Shown here: piece by piece, positions 55,927-64,000 of the stretch
Layout: each line of letters opens with the position of its first letter
Position numbering within the stretch: the first letter of the stretch is position 1
Source of the DNA: Carpediemonas membranifera BICM
Lineage: Eukaryota; Protista; Fornicata
NCBI GenBank assembly: GCA_019828565.1
Contig: JAHDYR010000008.1
Coordinates: forward strand, 248,001-312,000
Reading direction: 5' to 3'
DNA length: 64,000 nt
Position numbers and translations under genes: made by a program
Notes under the pieces: model-generated
The model's input: only the letters and a program-made list of their open reading frames with translations
Told to the model about the DNA's origin: nothing
Database searches by the model: none

Positions 55927-57789
55927 ATGGACTTCGATAATGGCATTCCGGGGGCAGGGTCCTTTGGAATGTTCACCACGGGCATACCTATCAACCCGCT
56001 GGACCTTGGCGCTGGTTCAGAGGAGCTTAGCAAGACGACGGAGCTCTTCCAGGAAACACCGTCCCTGAAGCCTATGAACTTCTCTCTCCATGCCCAGCCG
56101 GGTAACATACCGGGTACTGAGGAGATGAGCAACACAGAGCAGCTGTCTAGGGAGGAAACGGAGCGTATGATGGGTTTCATGGAGAATGATAACCAGTCTA
56201 GCGAGTTCCTCGCCTTCCTCCGGGAACTGCACAAAGCTAACAAGGGCACAGGTCTCAAGCGCATGCCAGTAGTCGGTCACCGCGAGCTGGACCTTTATCA
56301 GCTCTTTACTCTGGTCGAGCACTACGGTGGTCTCGACCACGTCGTCAAGAATAAGCTATTCAAGGAGATCGCGAAGCAGCTCGGGCTCCCGCCTTCAGTG
56401 ACCAATGCCGGCTTCGTCTTGAGGAACAAATACGAGAAGCTCATCCTCCCCTACGAAAAGGTGCTGGCCCAACGCTACAGCACGCTGAATCACCACACAC
56501 ACGAGAGCCCGCCCGTCCAGATAACTACCAAGCGCCCCGCGGAGAGCATGCCCAACGCCTTCGCCCTTGCCTTCCCCCAGGAGTCCGATGTGTTCGGGGC
56601 CAGCCTGCAGGGCACGAACACGCCCGTCTACGGCGCCCTGAAGGCCGTCCTCAACTTCTTCGTAACCACATTCGGGACAGCGCTGGACCGCATGTCTGCT
56701 GTAATCTGCACCCAGGAGAGCAACTTGGCGAGGGAGGAGAACGTCGACATCACGCCCCTCCTAACAACGCTGAGGCCGCTCATCTGCTTCCTGTCTTCCC
56801 TCCCTGGGTCCGCGCTGCCCTACGTGTTCCACGCCTGGCCGCTCTCCACGCTCCCTCTGATGGACATAGACGCCCTCGACGACCAGATCCTTCTTAAGTC
56901 AGACCTCAACGCCAACATCAACTCCATTTTTATCGGAGCCTCGCCCAATGTCACGGGCCTCGCATGGCCCCGGGGCGAGCATCTCCGGCATCTTAAGGTC
57001 ATGTGGGACGGCTTCGACACTTCCATGTTTACCGCCGCCATTGCAGCATACCCCAACCTCAACACCCTGACCATCGGCGACGCCCGGTCAGTCGACCTCG
57101 GCACAATGCCGTCGATGCGGATGCTGTACCGCGCCAACATCATCAAGCTGCCTGGCCGAATGACCAAGACACTCGCACAGGTGAGCAGGCAGTGCCCGCA
57201 GCTGACCATCCTCAGGGTAGCATATGACCCCGCCGAGCGCCGCAGGGACTCAGAGCCTGTGGTGCCCTTCCCGCCGCCCGGGACCGTCTTCCCAGGTGTT
57301 GTAGACCTCTGCCTGAGCAACTGCCGCTGCGTCGAGATGAGCCGCATGCCGTTCGCTTTCCCCAAGCTTCGCCGTTTCAACATGTGCCACTCCGTCGTCA
57401 AGCCAATACAACTGGCCGGAGACAGGCCCAGCGGTGCCCCCCGCGATTCAGTGGCGACCAACTGCGGGCTTGAGACCGTCATGCCCAACCTGGCCACGCT
57501 CTCGATGTGTACATGCAGCGGCCAGCTGTCTACGTCTCTCCCTTACTCCCACCAGATGACACTAACCCTCAACATGACTCCGGGAGTCCACGAGCTGCCG
57601 TCCTCAAGCACGGCGCCCCACAGAGTGGTCGACGGTGATAAGCCTTTCAACATAGTGCCCATGCTCGGAGTTAACGACGGCATGCTCAACGGACTCGACG
57701 TCCCTGACACGATGGCCGGCATCCCGGTGTCTGGTGGAACGTGCAATTTAGGCAATATGGATGATCTCACAGAGGCCCTAGGCAACTGA
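55927..57789 (+). CDS. ARID/BRIGHT DNA-binding protein with a C-terminal LRR-like region
   Basis: PVVGHRELDLYQLF..V..YGG..V..K.FKEIAKQLGLP..LRNKYEKLILPYE, plus YPNLNTLTI, CPQLTILRV and FPKLRRFNM repeats. Confidence 0.85.
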   Translation: MDFDNGIPGAGSFGMFTTGIPINPLDLGAGSEELSKTTELFQETPSLKPMNFSLHAQPGNIPGTEEMSNTEQLSREETERMMGFMENDNQSSEFLAFLRELHKANKGTGLKRMPVVGHRELDLYQLFTLVEHYGGLDHVVKNKLFKEIAKQLGLPPSVTNAGFVLRNKYEKLILPYEKVLAQRYSTLNHHTHESPPVQITTKRPAESMPNAFALAFPQESDVFGASLQGTNTPVYGALKAVLNFFVTTFGTALDRMSAVICTQESNLAREENVDITPLLTTLRPLICFLSSLPGSALPYVFHAWPLSTLPLMDIDALDDQILLKSDLNANINSIFIGASPNVTGLAWPRGEHLRHLKVMWDGFDTSMFTAAIAAYPNLNTLTIGDARSVDLGTMPSMRMLYRANIIKLPGRMTKTLAQVSRQCPQLTILRVAYDPAERRRDSEPVVPFPPPGTVFPGVVDLCLSNCRCVEMSRMPFAFPKLRRFNMCHSVVKPIQLAGDRPSGAPRDSVATNCGLETVMPNLATLSMCTCSGQLSTSLPYSHQMTLTLNMTPGVHELPSSSTAPHRVVDGDKPFNIVPMLGVNDGMLNGLDVPDTMAGIPVSGGTCNLGNMDDLTEALGN

Positions 57790-57883
57790 GGGTTTGGGTG
57801 ACGTGTTTTATTTATACTGTTTATTATAAAGAGCTGAGATGACGCCGGGCCTTTATGCAACGAAAAGTCGACACCAGGTAACC

Positions 57884-58556
57884 TCACCGTCCAGGCCGGG
57901 AAAGACACTTGGCAAGGTGCCGGGCAAAGAACTTGGTCGACAGCTGCTGCCCACATATGGGGCATGTGGCCTTGTACTGCAGCTTTTTTGGTGCCCGCGG
58001 CTCCTTGGTCACGCTGCCGTAGACCGTGGCGTTCGACTGAGCGTGGTCTGCGTATCTCTGCTCTACCGTCTGCTGCTCACACGGCTCCACGGCCAGCTGG
58101 GCCCTTATCCTGGCCTCAGACGTCTCTGCGGTGATGTTTCTGACGCATTCTACGATGGCATCCGAGACCTGAGTGAGGGAGGGAAAGGGGACAAACTAGC
58201 TTCACTGCCTCCGCATGCCGCTGCTGCGTGAGGGGCTGTAAGAACGTCCTGATCTTCTCCAGTTGGATCAGTGCTTGCTTTTGCTTTGGCGATGTCTTGA
58301 GAAGATCCCCGAGACGCGGCCTCAGCGCCACAGTGACGCTATCCTTCTTGCCATTGTTGTATGGATCACGTCTATAAGCTGATGGGCGCGGCAATATCGA
58401 CTGTGAGGGCGGGAAGAGCTTTGCTACATGCTCGTTCCGACGTTTGTACTTGTCCAGGACTGTTGGCCTCGGTTTCTGTATCGCTGCTTGCGGTCTCTGC
58501 TTCCGTTTCCTGTATTGCACTGGCTTACTGCATGGTAGGACCGAAATCTCGATCAT
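57884..58556 (-). CDS. SGF11: SGF11/ATXN7L3-like SAGA DUB-module zinc-finger protein (intron 58169-58196)
   Basis: A gtttgt..ctcactcag intron joins two ORFs in frame. C-terminal CPICGQQLSTKFFARHLAKCL matches C..C......RFA.HL.KC. Confidence 0.7.
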
Positions 58557-58743
58557 TCTGGCCCCAAGCAGCTCTCGTCTTGCAACGGTGCAGTTTAGTA
58601 CCTGGACATTTACAGGTCTCACAGGCCATTCCCGATGTCACACACATGCTACTGAGAGCCAGCGTGGGTCTGGTTAGGTCAGAAACTCGACTTGACTTGC
58701 CCTTGGTCTCATACTACTCCAGCGATAGAACTCTCTCAGTCCA

Positions 58744-59319
58744 ATGTTTTTCAACTTTTGCGGTGGCGATGTCCCCGATTGGGTACTATCGCAGTTCTAT
58801 GCGTTCGATTCCATCTCCTCAGAGGTCCTTGGCGCCCTGCTTCGCGAGACAGTTCGTGCCTTGGTGAAGAAGGACCTTAAGCACAGCCTTCAGGAGAAGC
58901 TAGAGCTTGATCGCACACAATTCAAGTCTATTCTGGCTGTTCTTCACTTCATTATCTCCTCTGCTGCCAGATACAACGTCAAGGCCGACGTCCTCCAGAC
59001 CGAGCTCCTCCAGCTCGGTCTACAGCAGCAGCAGTGCGCGCTCATCGCAGAGACGCACGCTACTGCCTGCGAGTCAATCAGAGAGACCCTCCAGGCGACG
59101 ATGATGCGGCTCCCCTCCGTCGCTTCTGTTATCACTCACGTAGACGAGATGGCTGACCTTGCGACAGGCGATGTCGTCAAGGAGGGTGCTGTGCATCTCT
59201 CTAGAACCGATGGGGAGCGGATCAGCTTCAAGACAGACGCGTCGCAGCTGGCGTCCATCGTGGGCGACCTGAAGGGAGCACTCGAGTCCATGCAGGACCT
59301 CGAGTCGCTGACGCAGTGA
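58744..59319 (+). CDS. COMMD4: COMM domain-containing protein 4
   Basis: The N-terminus MFFNFCGGDVPDWVL..ISS and ILAVLHFIISSAARYNV..ELLQLGL are characteristic of COMMD4. Confidence 0.85.
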   Translation: MFFNFCGGDVPDWVLSQFYAFDSISSEVLGALLRETVRALVKKDLKHSLQEKLELDRTQFKSILAVLHFIISSAARYNVKADVLQTELLQLGLQQQQCALIAETHATACESIRETLQATMMRLPSVASVITHVDEMADLATGDVVKEGAVHLSRTDGERISFKTDASQLASIVGDLKGALESMQDLESLTQ

Positions 59320-59519
59320 GGGTAGACCAAGGGTGTGATAAAGTTTTATTGGCGGGTTGCTTGAGACCAAGGGCGAGGCATCGGCTGAGAAAATAAGAAG
59401 GGGTGGGATAGAATCCATTCACCACTCGCGTCTGCGCCCCGGGCAGTCATTCGTCGGTTGGTCATGACTTCACCGTCAGTCGCCGCTAAACCCACCAGCG
59501 ATTCGGGCCTTTTCACTGA

Positions 59520-60791
59520 ATGATCGAGGATCTCGTGTATTCCCGCGATGACCTGATCAGCATGTACACAGAAGTGCCTGTGCCCGAGATATTGCTGTCC
59601 CTCGGCCACGATTCGATGGTCTCCGCTTCATCCGTGGCCCCAAACCCCCAGAAGGCCGCACTCGACGAGGGGCTTGCCAAGAACACACAGAATAAGCAAA
59701 GAAAGGCTGCCAAGAAGCCGTTCCAGAAGACCGGAGCCAACGGTAAGCCTGTCAAAGGACAGAAGGACACTCTCAAGCGAGACAGCCAGCCGAAGAAGAA
59801 GACCGCTGCCCCTGCGATCGGCCGCTTCAAGGCATCAGACATCAACCAGCTTCAGCCCGACGACGACCTCATGGTTGGCGAGGCGGACCTGTGGGACATC
59901 CCTGACGGCAACAACATCATGGAACTCGATGACCTCCTCCTCAAGCTCGACATCGAGGACGAGAAGAGGTCTCGCGGCAGACCAAAGCCACAGGCTCAGC
60001 CCGATCCTGAGCCAAAGTCAGAGCCCGAGTCGAAACCTCAGTGGGAATACCGTGATCCCAGTGGTGTGACGCACGGGCCGTACCCAGCCAGTCAGATAGA
60101 ACGGTGGCTGCCCCACTTCCCGGCGACCACTCCCATCAGACAGGTGGGGGAGGAGACGTGGGCGAAGCTGTGCGACAGGTTTGGACGGAAGGAGCAGCCC
60201 AAACCCGCCCCCGTCCCAGCCCCCGCTCCAGTGCCGGCCCCCATGCCTGCTGCCCGCCCGCCCCCGCCCCAGCCGGGCCACGTGCCCCAGATGCCCTACC
60301 CCATGCCCTACCCGATGCCCTACCCCCAGGCCGGGCCCCGCATGCCACTGGGCCAGCAGCCCGGACCCGTCCCAGCCGGTGTCTCTGTGGACGCCCTATT
60401 TGCCCGTATCGGCCCCATGCCCGGTCAGCCCCTGCCCCAGGGCATGCGGTTCCCTCCAACGATGCCCATGGGCCCTAACGGACAGCAGATGCCGTACCCG
60501 TACCCGCCGATGATGTCGCCCTCCCGCTCCATGCCGATGGGCCCCACTGCACGCGGCCAGGGTCAGCCCCAGCCTCAGATGCCTAAGCCCGCCGGCCCCG
60601 CCCCGGCCCAGGGAGCTGGGTGGTCCCGCCCGCCTGAGCGTCGTGCTCTTGTGACCCTCAAGGAGATTTTCGAGGAGCAGAACACGCAGCCTCACGCTCA
60701 GCGCCCGCCCGCCCGCACTGGAGCATGGGGAGCGGATGACGGTGCTTTCGGGTCTCCGCTGCAATACAGGGGTGTCGGCAGTAAGAAGTAA
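59520..60791 (+). CDS. GYF-domain protein (GIGYF/Smy2-like) with a Pro/Met-rich tail
   Basis: WEYRDPSGVTHGPY...IERW..HF, and an N-terminal YSRDDLI (YxxxxLPhi) motif. Confidence 0.8.
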   Translation: MIEDLVYSRDDLISMYTEVPVPEILLSLGHDSMVSASSVAPNPQKAALDEGLAKNTQNKQRKAAKKPFQKTGANGKPVKGQKDTLKRDSQPKKKTAAPAIGRFKASDINQLQPDDDLMVGEADLWDIPDGNNIMELDDLLLKLDIEDEKRSRGRPKPQAQPDPEPKSEPESKPQWEYRDPSGVTHGPYPASQIERWLPHFPATTPIRQVGEETWAKLCDRFGRKEQPKPAPVPAPAPVPAPMPAARPPPPQPGHVPQMPYPMPYPMPYPQAGPRMPLGQQPGPVPAGVSVDALFARIGPMPGQPLPQGMRFPPTMPMGPNGQQMPYPYPPMMSPSRSMPMGPTARGQGQPQPQMPKPAGPAPAQGAGWSRPPERRALVTLKEIFEEQNTQPHAQRPPARTGAWGADDGAFGSPLQYRGVGSKK

Positions 60792-60934
60792 ATGATGGGT
60801 TGACCAGCAGTCGAGTATACATGATGGAGACTGTCAAGCATGCATGGACGCCAACATGTGAAACCATAAACACGATAAATAAATTTTTCTTTCGATTTGT
60901 TCATAAATCACTCATCATCAACAGACAACTTTAC

Positions 60935-63553
60935 TTACTGCTCACGGGGGTAGAGGAGAGCAGCCTGGGCAGCAGAGACGCGGGCACCGGGCACACGGAA
61001 GGGAGAGCATGAGATGTAGGTCAGGCCGATCTGCTGGCAGAAGAAGACAGACTCCTGGCCGGTCTGCTCGCCGCAGATACCGATCTTCATGCCGGGGCGG
61101 GTGGTGCGGCCCTTCTGGACGGCCATCTTCATGAGCTCGCCGACACCCTCAGTGTCGATGCGCTGGAAGAAGTCGAAGGGGTAGACAGACTTGTCGAGGT
61201 AGACGGGCATGAACTTGTTGTAGTCATCACGAGAGATACCGGTGGTGGTCTGGGTCAGATCGTTGGTACCGAACGAGAAGTACTCGGCGTGCTCAGCAAT
61301 CTTGTCAGCGGTGATGCAAGCGCGGGGAAGCTCGATCATGGTGCCGATGTGGTAGTCGACCTTGATGTTCTTCTCGGCGAGGACCTTCTCGCACTCGTCA
61401 GCGACGAGCTTGCGCATGGCCTCCATCTCGTTAACGTGGTTGAGGACGGGGATCATGATCTCGGGGTGGACCTCGAGGCCAGTCGCCTGGACCTCAGCGG
61501 CGGCCTCCATGATGGCGCGGGCCTGCATGCGAGAGATCTCGGGGTAGACCATGCCGAGACGGCAGCCACGGAAGCCAAGCATAGGGTTGGCCTCAGCGAG
61601 GGAGTCGACGAAGGCGCGGAGCTCCTCCTCGGACTTGCCGGTGGCCTTGATGAGGGGGGCGAAGTCCATCTCCTGGGAGACGAACTCGTGGAGCGGGGGG
61701 TCGAGCAGACGGATGTTAGCGGGGCGGCCCTCGAGAGCCTTGAACATGCCGATGAAGTCGTCACGCTGGAAGGGGAGGAGCTTGGCAAGGGCGGCCTTGC
61801 GCTGCTCGGCGGTCTCAGAGACGATCATCTCCCTCATGGAGTAGATGCGGTCGTGCTCGAAGAACATGTGCTCGGTACGGGTGAGGCCGATGCCCTGGGC
61901 ACCGAAGGCGACAGCCTGCTTGGCATCAGCAGGGGTGTCAGCGTTGGTGCGGATGTCGAGCTGGCGGTACTTGTCAGCCCACTGGAGGATGAGGTTGAAG
62001 TTCTCAGAGAACACGGGGGCAATGGTAGCAAGCTGGCCCTCGATGACCTCACCGGTGGAGCCATCAAGAGAGAGCCAGTCACCGCGCTTGAACACCTTGC
62101 CGTTGATCTTCATCTGCTCGGCCTCCTCGTCGACCTCGACGGCGGAGCAGCCGGCAACGCAGCACTTGCCCATGCCGCGAGCGACAACAGCGGCGTGAGA
62201 AGAGCAGCCACCGCGGGCGGTGAGGATGCCCTGGGACATGGTCACCGACGATATCCTCGGGGAGGTCTCAGCACGAACGAGGATGGCGGGCTCGCCAGCG
62301 TTGAAGCGGGCCTCGGCATCAGCGGCGGTGAACTCGACGCGGCCAACACCAGCGCCGGGGGAGGCGGGGAGGCCAGTGGCGACGACGTTGCGGACAGCCT
62401 TGGGGTCGAAGGTCTTGTGGAGAAGCTCGCCGATCTTGTTGGGCTCCTGGCGGAGGAGAGCCTCCTTCTCGGTGATCATGCCCTCCTTGACCATCTCAGC
62501 GGCGATACGGACCATAGCGGCAGCGGTACGCTTGCCGACACGGGCCTGAAGCATGTAAAGCTTGCCGTCCTGGACGGTGAACTCGAGATCGACCATATCC
62601 TTGTAGAAGGCCTCGAGCTTGTCGTAGTTATCGCAAAGCTGCTTGTAGACGCCGGGCCAGACACCGCCAACGGACTCCATATCGGAGATCTTGATGGGGG
62701 TACGGATACCAGCGACGACGTCCTCACCCTGGGCGTTGGGGAGGAACTCACCGTAGATCATCTTCTCACCAGTGGCAGGGTCACGGGTGAAGCCAACACC
62801 GGTGCCGGAGGTCTGGCCGAGGTTGCCGAAGACCATGGACTGGACGTTGACGGCAGTGCCCCAACGGTGGTCGATAGAGTGCATGTTGCGGTAGTAGACG
62901 GCACGCTCGTTGGTCCAGGAGTCGAAGACAGCGTTGATAGCGCGGATGAGCTGGTCCTTGGGGTCCTTGGGGAACTCCTCGTTGATGGTCTTCTTGACCA
63001 TGGCGCGGTACTCGGCGACGCACTCCTTGAGGTGCTCGGCGGAGAGGTCGGTATCCTGGGCAGCAGAGTACTTCTTCTTGAGGCCCTCGAGGATGTGCTC
63101 GAAGTTCTTGTGGGGGACGCCGAGGACGACATCACCGTACATCTGGATGAAGCGGCGGTAAGCATCCCAAGCGAAGCGCTCGTTGCCAGAGTCCTTGGCG
63201 AGGCCCTCGACGGACTCGTCGTTGAGGCCGAGGTTGAGGACGGTATCCATCATGCCGGGCATGGAAACTCGGGCGCCGGAACGGACGGAGAGGAGAAGGG
63301 GCTTGGCGGAATCACCGAACTTGCGGCCAGTGGCATCCTCGATCTTCTTGAGAGCAGCCCAGATCTTAGCCTCATAGTCAACGGGCCAGGACTGGTTCTC
63401 CATGTAGTGAACGCAAGTCTGGCAAGGGATGACAAAGAAGGGGGGCACATCAAGGCCAATGTTGGACATCTGCATCAAACTGCAGCCCTTGCCGCCGAGG
63501 ACGGTCTTGTCAATCTCTGTGGGGACATCAAAAGTGAAAACCTGGTCAGCCAT
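60935..63553 (-). CDS. PPDK: Pyruvate, phosphate dikinase
   Basis: LGGKG, SVRSGARVSMPGMMDTVLNLG, phospho-His motif GG.SSHAAVVARG, RTEHMF and FSFGTNDLTQ. The likely ATG is at 63553 (MADQVFTF). Confidence 0.97.
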   Translation of the reverse strand: MADQVFTFDVPTEIDKTVLGGKGCSLMQMSNIGLDVPPFFVIPCQTCVHYMENQSWPVDYEAKIWAALKKIEDATGRKFGDSAKPLLLSVRSGARVSMPGMMDTVLNLGLNDESVEGLAKDSGNERFAWDAYRRFIQMYGDVVLGVPHKNFEHILEGLKKKYSAAQDTDLSAEHLKECVAEYRAMVKKTINEEFPKDPKDQLIRAINAVFDSWTNERAVYYRNMHSIDHRWGTAVNVQSMVFGNLGQTSGTGVGFTRDPATGEKMIYGEFLPNAQGEDVVAGIRTPIKISDMESVGGVWPGVYKQLCDNYDKLEAFYKDMVDLEFTVQDGKLYMLQARVGKRTAAAMVRIAAEMVKEGMITEKEALLRQEPNKIGELLHKTFDPKAVRNVVATGLPASPGAGVGRVEFTAADAEARFNAGEPAILVRAETSPRISSVTMSQGILTARGGCSSHAAVVARGMGKCCVAGCSAVEVDEEAEQMKINGKVFKRGDWLSLDGSTGEVIEGQLATIAPVFSENFNLILQWADKYRQLDIRTNADTPADAKQAVAFGAQGIGLTRTEHMFFEHDRIYSMREMIVSETAEQRKAALAKLLPFQRDDFIGMFKALEGRPANIRLLDPPLHEFVSQEMDFAPLIKATGKSEEELRAFVDSLAEANPMLGFRGCRLGMVYPEISRMQARAIMEAAAEVQATGLEVHPEIMIPVLNHVNEMEAMRKLVADECEKVLAEKNIKVDYHIGTMIELPRACITADKIAEHAEYFSFGTNDLTQTTTGISRDDYNKFMPVYLDKSVYPFDFFQRIDTEGVGELMKMAVQKGRTTRPGMKIGICGEQTGQESVFFCQQIGLTYISCSPFRVPGARVSAAQAALLYPREQ

Positions 63554-64000
63554 GGCTCTCTTCGAGTTCTGTTGCATAAAAAGCGGAGAAAAAAAAAGCT
63601 GGGGTACCTTCGTCCCCGTGGACTCTAGCTCTGCTTGGGTCATTGCGGGTCAGCTGTCTATGTGTACATTTTTTGGTGGCGAAAAGCAATCTTTACCCAC
63701 GTTGCCACTATTGGAGCACAGCTTGGGTATTTTGGTCCCCGGAACATGCTTATAGTGTGCCATAAAGACGAGTAATGGGCTAGTAGTTCGCAGCACACTC
63801 GAGTCATGAGCGGCCAAAATCAATTTCGGGGCAGACTGGACTTCGCCATCACCGGTGCGTCAGAAGCCTGAGGAAGCCAGGTCCAATAGCTGCAAGCACG
63901 ATAAAACTCCATCAAGCCTTGTAGCACCCACACTTTGTCGATTGGGAAGACGGCAACTTTTTTCTTGCCATGAAAAGCTGAGTGATAGAAGAGGATGTCT

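Noticed and set aside
61289-63628. Long antisense ORFs over PPDK, GAPDH, eIF2B, GPI and the array
   Set aside because: These are shadow frames caused by strong C/G-ending codon bias and have no independent motifs.

Overview
This is gene-dense eukaryotic DNA using the standard genetic code, with very short intergenic gaps and sparse 28-43 nt spliceosomal introns. The gene content (PPDK, a plastid/cyanobacterial-type GPI, flagellar CFAP206) and the fused branch-point/3' splice sites point to an anaerobic metamonad flagellate; a Carpediemonas-like fornicate is my inference, not shown directly. Housekeeping genes include GPI, GAPDH, PPDK, RecQ, WDR26/GID7, eIF2B-epsilon, COMMD4, a DHHC palmitoyltransferase, an MFS transporter and an M6PR/ATG27-like receptor. 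MED10 and an SGF11-like gene appear only after splicing. The main accessory region is 40.8-51.2 kb. It holds a decayed Fanzor1-type (eukaryotic TnpB-like, RNA-guided RuvC nuclease) gene on the minus strand, with all three catalytic motifs still readable and a structured omega-RNA candidate over its 3' end. Its truncated 5' end is fused to an array of 11 copies of a 176-aa, probably GPI-anchored surface-protein gene with two paralog types and mosaic copies. Other notable items are a disrupted WD40-kinase-HECT-like-Zn-ribbon mosaic gene, a membrane-anchored protein built from two circularly permuted bacterial-type solute-binding domains, and a hairpin-rich 445-bp gap that may be an ncRNA.
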